Below are positions 24,591 through 39,890 of a stretch of DNA of 64,000 bases, in pieces. Positions within the stretch are counted from its first letter, which is position 1. Each line of letters opens with the position of its first letter. Both the position numbers and the translations under genes were made by a program. The notes beneath the pieces were generated by a model. That model did not search any database, was not told the DNA's origin, and saw only the letters and a program-made list of their open reading frames with translations. This DNA comes from Veleropilina oligotropha (lineage: Eukaryota), in contig JBEUKZ010000093.1 of the NCBI GenBank assembly GCA_048128005.1, positions 62,001-126,000 of the forward strand. The letters run 5' to 3'.

Positions 24591-27039
24591 TTTCTGAGAT
24601 AATGAAAGCTACATTAAAATGAGTATACCCTTATTCACGTTCAATACAAAATTGCTCAAATCAGGTATTCCCGAAATCACCACAGATACAAGGAATGACA
24701 CCAATGATCTTCATAATAAAATATATACTGAAGAATTTATTATGTAACTGTTCTTGTTTTCACTTACACCATGTTCAGTTGATATGTGTCGTTGATGTGT
24801 TTGATTAAAAGTATGCAATATATATGTTTATTGTTTATTTTGAAATTCCCGGTTGATTGCAATTGTATGGTCGATATGTAAATATAAGGTGGTCAGTTGA
24901 AGTGTATAGGCAGTGGTGTCCAATTTAATGGTAGCGAGTTATGGTCTTCATTTGATCTGATATTTTTCTGCATTTTTTGGCGGCCATATTGGATATTAAG
25001 CGGCCATTTTGAAGTTTTTCGATTTGCAGATACAAATATCCATAACTCTACTTCTCAATCTACGGTTTAACATCAAAATAGTTGCAAAAGAATTTATTTA
25101 TACCAATTTTATATAGGCATAACTTACTAAACAACATACTAAAAGTCTTAAGAAATTTATAAAGGGGAACATTAAATATTTGACCACTAAACATTTTAAT
25201 TTTCCCGTATTTTTAGTTGTCACTTACGGGCCACCGTACGAGGAGAAATCCGCTGGTCACTCTCACTTTGGTATGCGTTTTCATTAAAGATAATCGTCGT
25301 AACATGATTCTGTGTTTATAAAAACGTACATACACATTTAAATTGTTTATATAATTTGGTTATATAATACCATACCAACGGTAATGACTTGACAGTATAG
25401 AAATACTTGAGGTTGGTGTCAACTTTTGCCCGCAGTGAATCTCGATGATCGATCGTTGTTGCTAAGACAACTTGTATCCCCAATATACGCTAATTATAAA
25501 TAATACATTGAACTTTGGAAACTTTATTGATAATTAATGTAAATTAAGAAGATGATCTAATGTTCCCCTGGATCCACTAGTGTAGCTGATATATACATAA
25601 CGCCCCTCATTAAGGTTCGGCGCCTTATTCGTGATATCAGCTTACGTCTGAGCGTATTATATAATACATAATACAATCTTCATCTATATAATGAATACGA
25701 AACCAATATGCAACAGGGGTCCATAATATGCTTTTTGTGATATTAAATTATCTTCCTTTGTGATTTGGGAGGATACCGGCCGCTATACTCTTTCTTCCTT
25801 GGTTATATACTGATCCAATAGTTCATGGCATAATATGCATGTATGTATCATATACATTTATAATCTCTCCATGTAAAATGACTACACATTATTAATATAT
25901 CATTAACAGTAAATGCATGCATTATGTCGCGTATAAGATAATTGACTAATTTGCTAGGTTTTCTTGGTGTAATGAGTAAATACTTCTGTTTAAAAACACC
26001 CCATACGATAATGTAACATATTTTAAATAAAATTCAATGTAAAGACCATGCCATTAACTGACTGCTGATATCAAAATACAGGATAACTGTTACGATATTG
26101 TCATATGCTTAACTATCATTTTCCATCACATTTCCAACGATTTAAGACAACAATTACCATAAATGAGGGTATCTTCGAACTCGATTTTCAAAATGTCCCC
26201 GTAAAAAGATTTCTTAAGACTTTTGATATGTCATCCTTATTGGTTTCGTCTATAGAAAAAACAAGAAATAAATTATTTTGCCATTAGTTTGATGTTTGGG
26301 CCTTTTGCACTGTATATTGACTGGACTATTAATCGCCGCATGAGAATTAGTCTGTTTTATATGTTCTATTTTGGTCAAAATTGAGTTATTGGTTTTGGAG
26401 TCATCCGAACAGTATATTTTATATCATATTGCTATTAATTATATTCAAAGTTACTTTTTTCTGACTCAGAAACAGGTTGTTCGAAGTCCTGTTTGAAATA
26501 GTTTATGACATCCACCAATCAGATGCATGGTTGGGTCATGTGACGTTGTACATAGTCCATAGTACATAGTCCATAACCGACACAGGCGTGCGATATACAC
26601 AGGTTATATCAGCCATTAATTTATACTTTTCTATGATAAATATGCACGATCCTGTGTGACATCATATTTTTAAACGGGAAAAATTAAGCGCCATTTTAGC
26701 TATATAAATCAATCCAAATGGAAATAGACCATTATAGATCAAACAAACGTGCATGTGTTTATGAAAAATATGTTCTATGTCCCACCAATAAATCGTCATT
26801 ACTACCAAACACAATACAATTTTTGATTTATTTAAGGAAAAATAATATTAAGTGGCCAGTCTTTGTGGTAAATACGGATTAACATAACTCATATGTGGAG
26901 AAATATTATTTTATGATGAGCTAAATCTTTGATCGCCGATTTCTACTATTCAAAAATGTGGACAAAGAACAGTATAATTATCGTGCGACGATGTCGTGTT
27001 GTCGGTGTGAAATCTAGTCTATTAGACATCAATGGGTAC

Positions 27040-30000
27040 ATATATGGCGTGAGGTGGATAGTGTGGTGGGCCATACTACTAACCTTACATACATGGCGTG
27101 AGGTGGATAGTGTGGTGGGCCATACTACTAACCTTACATATATGGCGGGAGATGGATAGTGTGGTGGGCCATACTACTAACCTTACATATATGGCCTGAG
27201 GTGGATAGTGTGCTGGGCCATACTACTAACCTTACATACATGGCGTGAGGTGGCTCGTGTGGTGGGATATACTACTAACCTTACATATATGGCGTGAGGT
27301 GGATAGTGTGGTGGGCCATACTACTAACCTTACATACATGGCGTGAGGTGGATAGTGTGGTGGGCCATACTACTAACCTTACATATATGGCGTGAGGTGG
27401 ATAGTGTGGTGGGCCATACTACTACTAACCTTACATACATGGCGTGAGGTGGATAGTGTGGTGGGCCATACTACTAACCTTTCATACATGGCGTGAGGTG
27501 GATAGTGTGGTGGGCCATACTACTAACCTTACATATATGGCGTGAGGTGGCTCGTGTGGTGGGCCATACTACTAACCTTACATACATGGCGTGAGGTGGA
27601 TAGTGTGGTGGGCCATACTACTAACCTTACATACATGGCGTGAGGTGGATAGTGTGGTGGGCCATACTACTAACCTTACATATATGGCGTGAGGGGGATA
27701 GTGTGGTGGGCCATACTACTAACCTTACATACATGGCGTGAGGTGGCTCGTGTGGTGGGCCATACTACTAACCTTACATATATGGCGTGAGGTGGATAGT
27801 GTGGTGGGCCATACTACTAACCTTACATATATGGCGTGAGGTGGATAGTGTGGTGGGCCATACTACTAACCTTACATACATGGCGAGAGGTGGATAGTGT
27901 GGTGGGCCATACTACTAACCTTACATATATGGCGTGAGGTGGATAGTGTGGTGGGCCATACTACTAACCTTACATATATGGGGTGAGGTGGATAGTGTGG
28001 TGGGCCATACTACTAACCTTACATATATGGCGTGAGGTGGATAGTGTGGTGGGCCATACTACTAACCTTACATACATGGCGTGAGGTGGCTCGTGTGGTG
28101 GGCCATACTACTAACCTTACATATATGGCGTGAGGTGGATAGTGTGGTGGGCCATACTGCTAACCTTACATGCATGGCGTGAGGTGGATAGTGTGGTGGG
28201 CCATACTACTAACCTTTCATATATGGCGTGAGGTGGATAGTGTGGTGGGCCATACTACTAACCTTACATACATGGCGTGAGGTGGATAGTGTGGTGGGCC
28301 ATGCTACTAACCTTACATATATGGCGTGAGGTGGCTCGTGTGGTGGGCCATACTACTAACCTTTCATATATGGCGTGAGGTGGATAGTGCGGTGGGCCAT
28401 ACTGCTAACCTTACATACATGGCGTGAGGTGGATAGTGTGGTGGGCCATACTACTAACCTTTCATATATGGCGTGAGGTGGATAGTGTGGTGGGCCATAC
28501 TACTAACCTTACATACATGGCGTGAGGTGGATAGTGTGGTGGGCCATGCTACTAACCTTACATATATGGCGTGAGGTGGATAGTGTGGTGGGCCATGCTA
28601 CTAACCTTACATATATGACGTGAGGTGGATAGTGTGGTGGGCCATACTACTAACATGGCGTGAGGTGGATAGTGTGGTCGGCCATACTACTAACCTTACA
28701 TATATGGCGTGAGGTGGATAGTGTGGTGGGCCATACTACTAACCTTACATATATGGCGTGAGGTGGCTCGTGTGGTGGGCCATATATATGGCGTGAGGTG
28801 GCTCGTGTGGTGGGCCATACTACTAACCTTACATACATGGCGTGAGGTGGATAGTGTGGTGGGCCATACTACTAACCTTACATACATGGCGTGAGGTGGA
28901 TAGTGTGGTGGGCCATACTACTAACATGGCGTACATGGCGTGAGGTGGATAGTGTGGTGGGCCATACTACTAACCTTACATACATGGCGTGAGGGGGATA
29001 GTGTGGTGGGCCATACTACTAACCTTACATACATGGCGTGAGGTGGATAGTGTGGTGGGCCATACTACTAACCTTACATACATGGCGTGAGGTGGATAGT
29101 GTGGTGGGCCATACTACTAACATATATGGCGTGAGGTGGATAGTGTGGTGGGCCATACTACTAACATTTCATATATGGCGTGAGGTGGATAGTGTGGTGG
29201 GCCATACTACTAACCTTACATACATGGCGTGAGGTGGCTCGTGTGGTGGGCCATACTGCTAACCTTACATGCATGGCGTGAGGTGGATAGTGTGGTGGGC
29301 CATACTACTAACCTTACATACATGGCGTGAGGTGGATAGTGTGGTGGGCCATACTACTAACCTTACATATATGGCGTGAGGTGGATAGTGTGGTGGGCCA
29401 TACTACTAACCTTACATATATGGCGTGAGGTGGATAGTGTGGTGGGCCATACTACTAACCTTACATACATGGCGTGAGGTGGATAGTGTGGTGGGCCATA
29501 CTACTAACCTTACATATATGGCGTGAGGTGGATAGTGTGGTGGGCCATACTACTAACCTTACATATATGGCGGTTAGGTGGCTAGTGTGGTGGGCCATAC
29601 TACTAACCTTTCATATATGGCGTGAGGTGGATAGTGTGGTGGGCCATACTACTAACCTTACATATATGGCGTGAGGTGGATAGTGTGGTGGGCCATACTA
29701 CTAACCTTACATACATGGCGTGAGGTGGATAGTGTGGTGGGCCATACTACTAACATATATGGCGTGAGGTGGATAGTGTGGTGGGCCATACTACTAACAT
29801 TTCATATATGGCGTGAGGTGGATAGTGTGGTGGGCCATACTACTAACCTTACATACATGGCGTGAGGTGGATAGTGTGGTGGGCCATACTACTAACCTTA
29901 CATAAATGGTGTGAGGTGGATAGTGTGGTGGGCCATACTACAAACCTTACATACATGGCGTGAGGTGGATAGTGTGGTGGGCCATATACATGGCGTGAGG

Positions 30001-31740
30001 TGGCTCGTGTGGTGGGCCGTACTACTAACCTTACATACATGGCGTGAGGTGGCTCGTGTGGTGGGCCATACTACTAACCTTACATACATGGCGTGAGGTG
30101 GCTCGTGTGGTGGGCCATACTACTAACCTTACATACATGGCGTGAAGTGGATAGTGTGGTGGGCCATACTACTAACCTTACATATATGGCGTGAGGTGGA
30201 TAGTGTGGTGGGCCATACTACTAACCTTACATACATGGCGTGAGGTGGCTCGTGTGGTGGGCCATACTACTAACATGGCGTGAGGTGGCTCGTGTGGTGG
30301 GCCATACTACTAACCTTACATATATGGCGTGAGGTGGATAGTGTGGTGGGCCATATACATGGCGTGAGGTGGCTCGTGTGGTGGGCCATACTACTAACCT
30401 TACATACATGGCGTGAGGTGGCTCGTGTGGTGGGCCATACTACTAACCTTACATACATGGCGTGAGGTGGCTCGTGTGGTGGGCCATACTACTAACATGG
30501 CGTGTGGTGGCTCGTGTGGTGGGCCATACTACTAACCTTACATATATGGCGTGAGGTGGATAGTGTGGTGGGCCATATACATGGCGTGAGGTGGATAGTG
30601 TGGTGGGCCATACTACTAACCTTACATATATGGCGTGAGGTGGATAGTGTGGTGGGCCATACTACTAACCTTACATACATGGCGTGAGGTGGCTCGTGTG
30701 GTGGGCCATACTACTAACATGGCGTGAGGTGGCTCGTGTGGTTGGCCATACTACTAACCTTACATATATGGCGTGAGGTGGATAGTGTGGTGGGCCATAT
30801 ACATGGCGTGAGGTGGCTCGTGTGGTGGGCCATACTACTAACCTTACATACATGGCGTGAGGTGGCTCGTGTGGTGGGCCATATACATGGCATGAGGTGG
30901 CTCGTGTGGTGGGCCATATACATGGCGTGAGGTGGCTCGTGTGGTGGGCCATATACATAGCGTGAGGTGGCTCGTGTGGTGGGCCATATACATGGCGTGA
31001 GGTGGCTCGTGTGGTGGGCCATATACATGGCGTGAGGTGGATAGTGTGGTGGGCCATATACATGGCGTGAGGTGGCTCGTGTGGTGGGCCATATACATGG
31101 CGTGAGGTGGCTCTTGTGGTGGGCCATATACATGGCGTGAGGTGGCTCGTGTGGTGGGCCATATACATGGCGTGAGGTGGCTCGTGTGGTGGGCCATATA
31201 CATGGCGTGAGGTGGCTCGTGTGGTGGGCCATATACATGGCGTGAGGTGGCTCGTGTGGTGGGCCATATACATGGCGTGAGGTGGCTCGTGTGGTGGGCC
31301 ATATATATGGCGTGAGGTGGCTCGTGTGGTGGGCTACTACTAACCTTACATACATGGCGTGAGGTGGCTCGTGTGGTGGGCCATATACATGGCGTGAGGT
31401 GGCTCGTGTGGTGGGCTATATACATGGCGTGAGGTGGCTCGTGTGGTGGGCTACATACATGGCGTCAGGTGGCTCGTGTGGTGGGCCATATACATGGCGT
31501 GAGGGGGCTCGTGTGGTGGGCCATATACATGGCGTGAGGTGGCTCGTGTGGTGGGCCACATACATGGCGTGAGGTGGATAGTGTGGTGGGCCATATACAT
31601 GGCGTGAGGTGGCTCGTGTGGTGTGCCATATACATGGCGTGAGGTGGCTCGTGTGGTGGGCCATATACATGGCGTGAGGTGGCTCGTGTGGTGGGCCATA
31701 TACATGGCGTGAGGTGGCTCGTGTGGTGGCTACTACTAAC
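27040..31740. repeat. G-rich minisatellite: 49-bp unit grading into a 35-bp unit
   Basis: catggcgtgaggtggatagtgtggtgggccatactactaaccttacata changes to catggcgtgaggtggctcgtgtggtgggccatata. Confidence 0.97.
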
Positions 31741-34033
31741 CTTTCTGTTAGTTTGATGTTCAACTTTAACCAAATCTTTTAAACCACGGACGTTCCTTGA
31801 TAAAATAAAAATAAAACGATACAATTTACTTTACTAAATCTGCATAATTGAATAAAATATTTATTTAGATACGTCTAATAAATTCCCAATAGTTCCACAA
31901 GTACATGATATGGATATTAAATTTTATCAATGAACCACTCGCTTAGGCAGGTTATGAGGTACTAGCACCAAAGAGGAATATCAAAATAAACACCTGTTAC
32001 CCACTAATCCACCGAACGGCCCATCTGAACTACGTGTAATACCTAAATATTTCTGATGGAAACAAATGGTGTAATTTATTTATCATGGTCTACAATGCGC
32101 GATCGGATCAGCCCCCCCCCCACCTCACCCCCCTTCCCGAGATCGGTGATTCGTGTAGTCCGTGAATGTCGTATGCAAATTTACTACACGTCGAGATGGA
32201 TATTCAGTACAGCAAGTCCAGTTATTACTTAATCTTTCATGACCATAGTCTGCCTAACATAAGTTTTCTACTGTCGAATGACAGCAAATTAAAGATCATT
32301 CGATCGATCTGCATTTGAATAATTAATGTTTTAGTAACGAAGAAAAGTTCCTAATTTCATTAATATATCTATAGTCGATAGTCGTAAGCAAGATAAAAGG
32401 ACTACTTTATCATTCATTAATAATATCATTTTGATGATGATGATGATGAATTGATGTTTAACGACCACGCCAACAGTATATCAGTTATAAATCGGGTCAA
32501 TCAACTTTGAATGATGAAATGAATTGGTGCTGTGTGAAATGGAGGCAGCGACCATTGGAAAGACCCCGGTGCTTGAACCCGTGACCTCGTATGATAGACC
32601 AGCAGCGTATCCAATCGGCCATGCTGCCTCCACCCCTCATTTTGAAAAGAACTGTTTCGGCGGGTGAGTGGTTAGCGCGTCAGACACTCAACAGAGACTA
32701 CCGGGGGCCCGGGTTCGAGGCCAGCTGGCGGCTTATTTTACCTCTTAAAATAATAGATGGCGTATCCCTAATGTATGTCGGTCAGTTCGGAGTGAGATTT
32801 TAAACTGGGCGTCCCGATTACGTTAAAGATGAAAAATTACCAAAGAGGGCGCAAAATGTTTCCACCCCACCAACCATTTCATGACCGTGCATTTAGATGA
32901 TGTCTTAGATGTTCATTACAAAACCACTTTGAAGTTTCATTTACTAGCATTTGAAAGACAATGACATATTATCATCATGATGCACACGCAGAGCTATATA
33001 TTTGTGTTTGATTGTGAAAAAACGTGAGATTTACTCACATTAGAGTAAAGGCGGTTCATATATGTTGGTAAGAAATATCGCATTTGAGTTGTACTAATGC
33101 AGAAGACGAAGTTTCACACCGTTAATTGTCGAAATTTTCTTCGGTCAAGTGGTCTGGACCCCTAACTTTAAAATCAGAAATGTGTGTGGTTGATTTTGAA
33201 AATAAAAGATGGCCTCAACTTTATAGTGAAGGTGGTTCATATATATGTTGGTAAAAAATATCACGTTTGCATTGTAATAATGCAGGTGAGGGGGTTTCAC
33301 ATCTTTAATTGAAATTTTTGTCCATATACCCCACGCGAGCACTTGATATAAATTAACATTTGGTCAAAATTGGACCCCCTCCTTTTCAATGTCCTGGATA
33401 TATATATATATATCGCAATATTTATTGATTTCAATGAAATCCTGTATGGAAATGAACGTTCTGTATTTTGATACATACATTATATAGTTGCGTTTGGTAA
33501 TACCAAACACACGCACGCACGCACGCACGCACGCACACACACGCACACACATACACACATACATACATACATGGAGCTTCCAGGTCGGTTAGACGGCAGA
33601 TTGTGGACCATTATCAAAAAGTTGGCTTGTCCTTCTATTTTGATAAGATTCTACAATCCGCCATCTAACCTATACTGAAACTACCAATCGCAGAATATAT
33701 ATATATTTTGTCCGGCTCATATGCACTGAATTATATAGGTATTGCAACGGTTCAAATACACATAGGTGTATATATACATATTGCATCGCGTGTATTGTAC
33801 CAAATAGGCTACCATGCAAGACGCTCGCTTGTCGGGCAAACACGGCACGTATCGACCGATCACTAGTTGGCTATATATAATAATAATTATACATCGACCT
33901 TTATTTTCACCTGCATTGCTTTACACTCACCACGAGTTACTTACCTTGATTTGCTATAGACGTCCCCAATACCTATCTTTTTGCGCTTTCGTCTTACTTT
34001 TGATCGACAATTAGCCAATTGGTATATTATTGC

Positions 34034-36587
34034 GGCTTAGTGTAATCGGCGGAGCAAACTTCCATGCGAACTTTTAATCAGACTACGAAACGGCGAACGA
34101 AACGAAACGAACATTTGAAGGGTTGATGAATAGCATATAATTTAAATTATATATTACGACGCGTTTGTTATATGTGCATACATATTTTTATATATATGCG
34201 AGCGACATTGATCCTATAAGTAATAGGGTAAGTGAACGACAGATTCACTCATGAATCAGGACATCAGTCGACCTATATATGAATACCGGCTACTTCGAAC
34301 TCCTGCTGATTCGGAACCTCATTGATTATAATCTCGGCTCATTCATATCTTATACTGATTCGGACACAGGGGCATGTGACGCTGTTTATCGTTCGGCTGT
34401 TTCCGTTTGACGATTAGCGCAGTTCTTTGTTACTATATAATATAGACAACGGGACGAAGCTAAGAAGCATATGCGTCCCGTTTATTTAGTTGTTGTTTAC
34501 AAGATAGACTTAGTAGTTGTTTGCAAGAGGTATGTAAGTTAATTTTTAAATATATTGTTTGTTGAACAACCTAGTTCTCGATAGCGTCAACGCCGAGTGT
34601 TAAATACGCGTAATTTTCCATTTATTCGTCATGTTATCGACTAGAGAGCAGCACACGCTGGTCATTGGTCACTATTCGAACCAACATCTTATGACAAATG
34701 AAATAATTCATAGAAATGTCGGGATGGTAAAGTATGTGTCCCGTCCTTAGTGACCTCCCTTGTCTATATTATATGGTAACAATGAACTGCGCTAATCGTC
34801 AAACGGAAACAGCCGAACGATAAACAGCGTTACATGCCCCGGCCCTGTGTCCGAATCAGTATAAGATGTGAATGAGCCGAGATTATAATCAATGAGGTTC
34901 CGAATCAGCACGAGTTCGAAGTAGCCAGTATTCATATATAGGTCGACTGATGTCCTGATTCTTGAGTGAATCTGTCGTTCACGTACCCTATTACTTAAAG
35001 CATCAATGTCGCTCGCATATATATAAATATGTATGCACATCCTTCTATTAATTCCGCAAATCTCTGTGGATTTGTTTGTTTGTTTGTATGTTTGTTTGTC
35101 CTTCAAATATCTCGAGAACCGTCGACTCGATTGTCTTCAAAGTTGGTGGGTGTATGGCTGGCCACCCCCGGGAGTGCATATCCAAAGTACAATGCCAACG
35201 GATATAAATTAAGGATGTTTTTTAGCATTTTTCCGAAAACATAGCGCTAAGGGCAAGTTCAATAGTAGCTAACGTTAGCTAACGTTACCTAACGCTTCTT
35301 GGGATAATGAACGACAGGTGATAATTTTCGTCATACGAACAAATCAAGTCTCTAAATAAACAAGTAATTTAGAAAGTACAAGAATACATATTTTGCATCT
35401 GCATATTAATTCCATACTGCTGTTATTATTGAACATATACGTGTTGTAGATAACCCATTTAACTATTAATATTAACTTCATTAGGTATAGAATGAATTTT
35501 ACTGCACATAACCGTTGCAAATTAAATTAACCCCCCCCCCCCTCCATGTTCGACCAAAGTTGTTATTTACAATGCAAGACAGCAGAGAGCATAAAAATAA
35601 GATAAATACATAGACATTTAATAGCATTATTATGATAGATTAACTTTTAGTTAAGTATTATTCAGACTATTCGACGTCTTCGCATGTATTTCAATTTTTT
35701 TTATTTCCTGGCAAACACACAGTGTCTGCTGACCGTTCTATTTTGCTCAATTTTTGTTCAGAAAACCGTTCAACTTGAATAGTTAGCTAACGTTAGGTAA
35801 CGTTATCTAACGTTTACTTCCATTGAACTCTGCCCAAAACAAATGCAAAGATACAAAGGGAAGTAATACATTAAACACAATATGCTTCAACAAAGATAAT
35901 TTATTAATTGATGGGAAAAGTACGGTACTATAGACAATCGTCATTGAAACGACGAGTCAATCGTCATTGAAACGACGAGTCTATTGTATTTTCCTTTATT
36001 AAATGATTAACATGTTTTTAAAAGCCTACGTATTTTTTATGCCGGGAAAGTACGGTACAATATAAATTCGTCATTGAAACAACGAGTTGATTTCAACGTG
36101 CTTTTGCACTGGAAACCAACGTTCGAATATTTGTAAAAATCTGTCGGTGTAAAAGCCTCGACTAGCACATACAAATTCATTTCCCAATGTATTTTTCTTC
36201 CAAAATCAGTTAATTTCATTTGACTTTCAACCCCGGATTTCAACATACCACAAACTACATATCAAAAATTAACTACAAATTTTTTATCTGACAGACCAAA
36301 ATATAATAATAGTACAGTGGGTACTTCACATACACGTACACTCCCCAGGTGTCAGGAAGTGCCCCTATTGATTTAGGGGTTGAAAGATCAATACCTCACT
36401 GATTTGGGCGTCTAGAGATTTAATTACCCCACGGGCACTGGCTAGTATAACAAACGCGTCGTAAATATATAATTTAAATTATATATGCTATTCATCAACC
36501 CTTCAAATGTTCGTTTCGTTTCGTTCGCCGTTTCGTAGTCTGATTAAAAGTTCGCATGGAAGTTTGCTTCGCCGATTACACTAAGCC
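34034..36587. mobile_element. Non-autonomous foldback DNA transposon with ~420-bp TIRs and 8-bp TSD
   Basis: GGCTTAGTGTAATC...GATTACACTAAGCC ends; TSD ATTATTGC (34026-34033, 36588-36595); right TIR split by an insertion. Confidence 0.8.
35040..36445 (+). mobile_element. Non-autonomous Helitron
   Basis: 5'-TC...CTAG-3', inserted between A and T without TSD, as shown by the intact left TIR of the host element; (GTTT)n near the 5' end. Confidence 0.8.
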
Positions 36588-37364
36588 ATTATTGCCGGGC
36601 AATTTAGGTGTGTATGGGCTTCTTTACCTGTCTCTTGGCGATACATTATAAAAGTCTGTCGACAGACAGGCTGGTATCGAAAAATGCATAAGATAAACAG
36701 TAGCGTAATAGCGAAAGTCTTTTGTTATGTTACTATTGGCGACGAGATCCCGTATCGTATAACTAAGCATCGCTAAGATCGCAACGACCCGTGTTGTCTT
36801 TTAATGTGTTGATGTAATGATTTTTACACTGTCAGGTCATGCGTTACCGCTCATTGAGCCAGATATAGTTATACCATTTATGCTGAAATTCATATGACAA
36901 ATAATATATATAGAAACATAATTATTGTGAGAACTGAGTATTTGAAAGGATATTTTCGCCCACGCAGGTGTGCAGATCACATTTCCACGATACTGCGAAC
37001 GCACAACTTATGCGGTATTATCATATTACATTATATGGCAAGAAATCGTGGACAAGAATAACTTTTCATACTAGAATTCATTTATTAATATCAATTACAT
37101 TAGATTTGAATGACTTAGTTTGCGACCATTATTCACTATCCGTTGGGTGTGTGTAATGGAGACATCGTAACTGAAACGACAACACAAGTGGAGACAGGCA
37201 ATTTGTCTACCAGGAGATGTTGGTTTATATCTCTATATATAAAGTAGTATTTGTTTGTTTGCGTGTCTGTTTGCCACTTCGTACGCCCGTTCGAATTGGC
37301 CAAGTTCACTGTTATATAATAGAGAGATAGCGTCAGCTGATTGAGAAACTCTTCGGATGGATAT

Positions 37365-38336
37365 ATGATCACTGGTTCATACCACCAAAGCATACCAATG
37401 GTGCTGGAGTGGTCACTGGTCCATACCAGCCCACGCGTATCGATGGTGCTGGAGTGATCACTGGTTCATACCAGCCCAGGCATACCAATGGTTCTGGTGT
37501 GATCACGGGTCCATACCAGCCCACGCATATCAATGGTGCTGGAGTGATCACTGGTTCATACCAGCCCAGGCATACCAATGGTTCTGGTGTGATCACGGGT
37601 CCATACCAGCCCAAGCATACCAATGGTGCTGGAGTGATCACATCCATGCCAGCCCAAGCATATTACCAATGATGCTCGAGTGATCACTGGTCCATACCAG
37701 GCCCCATGCCTCTTCGACAGTACAGTGGTACGGTTGTGGATTCCGAAAATCACTGACTTGCTTCCGCTGACGCGAACAGTAGTGGGATCGACTCCCGGCT
37801 GAGGCATCACACATTTGTTCAAGTTATGAAGCACAGTTGTCCGTGACTGGTCGAAGAGGGCGGGTTTACCCGGGCGACCGAGCTTTCCTCCCGCGATAAT
37901 ACGGACATGTCCTGGTTTGAACCAAATGATGGTTGAAAATATACAGGACATTAAGCATCATTCCTTTCCTTTATTTCCATACCAGACCCCATGCATACCA
38001 CTGGTGTTGGAATGCTCACTGGTCCATACGAGTCCAAGCATACCAATCATGCTGCAGTCCTTATCAGGCCCCATGTATAACAATGGTGCTGGAGTGATCA
38101 CTGGTCCATATCAGCCCAAGCATACCAATATTGCTGGAATGATCGATCACTGGTCAATACCAGCCCAAACATACCAATGGTGCTGGAGTGATCACTGGTC
38201 AATACCAGCCCAAACATACCAATGGTGCTGGAGTGATCACTGGTCAATACCAGCCCAAACATACCAATGGTGCTGGAGTGATCACTGGTCAATACCAGCC
38301 CAAACATACCAATGGTGCTGGAGTGATCACTGGTCC
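37365..38336. repeat. 45-bp tandem repeat interrupted by a SINE
   Basis: cataccaatggtgctggagtgatcactggtcNataccagcccaaR units. Confidence 0.9.
37710..37975 (+). mobile_element. SINE family A, apparently full length, with 19-bp TSD
   Basis: Flanked by tccataccagRccccatgc (37691-37709 / 37976-37994); tRNA-like head, ttcctttcc tail. Confidence 0.75.
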
Positions 38337-39890
38337 ACACAACCAGTGCACTCCACGTGCAAAATAGAATGGACGCATACTGAGAACATTGTGACGAAAG
38401 CAGAATTTCTCAATGGGGAAGAAGTTTATAAATGCTATGGCGTACATCATTTAACTTTAAATTTCTTGTTAGGCAGGATGCGAATCATCTTCGAGGATAT
38501 CCGAACTACAGGTACATCTCATCTTGCGTCGACTATCAAGATACATGGGACAAAGAGTGTTTAAGATATGTTCGCGGACAGCCAAACAGATACAATCGCG
38601 AATGCCCTAAATTCATGGATAGTACAACATTAACTGAGATCCTGTTAACTGGATGTGTGCTATATATAGTAATAACTCATTACATGTGCAAAGTTTGCAT
38701 ACTATTGTATTTGACGGTCGTCCGATGGTCTCTAGTATTAAGAGTGTGATATTCCCCTGAACACGTTAATAATTAGTATAGATCCTAACCAGATTGTATT
38801 CTACAAATATCTGAAAAGGACATCAGAAACAGACGTTGCCACCATATAAGCCTACATATATGTACATGCGAGGTAAGTAATCTGCAATAGTGAGACACGC
38901 CTAACAGTAAACTTGGTTCGGTTGTAGTGGCACAGCGCACGCTACTTCACAATCCACTAAAATCACCACGATATTCGTTGACTTTTGTGCTGTCTGTGAC
39001 ATTTAACAAAATACCCTTTTGGATGCGGCTCCTTTAATTAAAGAAGATACCGGAAAGGCATGTGTCCAAGTTTGATACTTAATCCACCAAGCGTACAATT
39101 AAGCTGGGACATCGATCCACCATCATGCAGTACGTAGCACCGACCGTGCGTGATGCCGGTACACAGCGAGTCTGACGGCTGAAGCACAGCAGATGTAGGA
39201 TGTTCTGACAGAAAATAAAATACCTGCCACTGAACTGCAACAGCAAATTAAATTTACAACAAATGTCCTGAAAGGGTTTGATGCCAATATTTTATTCAGG
39301 TAAATCAATCAAAGTCAATAATAATTAATACATACATTTATCTCATATGAACATATACGTATTAGCAACACATTCTCTAGATCTATCTCAGAATCCCTTA
39401 TCAATGTTGCGATACATAAATCTAGCTATGTTTCTGATCTTTCCCTCGGCCATTCGAAAATGGTTTTCTGAACTAATTGTTTATGCTAGCTGTGGTGCGC
39501 ATTTGTATTTAAACTCTTATTTATATAGTTATACCATCTATGCTTGAATTATTATATCTATTTATCAAGATAATTTTGAGTATCAATCTGTTCTATTGAT
39601 ACTCGGTTTCAGTAGGTTGATTCAATGATTCCTAATCCATTGTCCAGTTTCAATGTGTTTTTTCAACAAAATTTTAAAATCTTAGGCCTATGCATCATAC
39701 GCGCTCTTTGAGTCCAGGATTTGATTTTAAAGGACTATGTAGGCCTATACCGGTTCATATATAACTTAATTTAGTTCGATTAGTTGCCTTTATTGTTTAA
39801 TTAATAAAAATTGAGCACCTTTGCAGCTTAAAATATTAACATTTTACATATCATGAACTTCGGCAGTGAATCTGCACACTATTATACTAT

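Noticed and set aside
26929..31824. Many 60-213-aa ORFs (MRWIVWWAILL..., MYMAHHTSHL...)
   Set aside because: Translations of the 49/35-bp tandem repeat.
32655..32730. tRNA gene candidates (A/B boxes here and at 39891)
   Set aside because: No convincing cloverleaf or terminator; better explained as SINE heads.
33935..33950. Possible 5' UTR donor (AG|gtaagt, minus strand) for the NWD-like gene
   Set aside because: A single motif 9 kb upstream; not supportable without transcripts.
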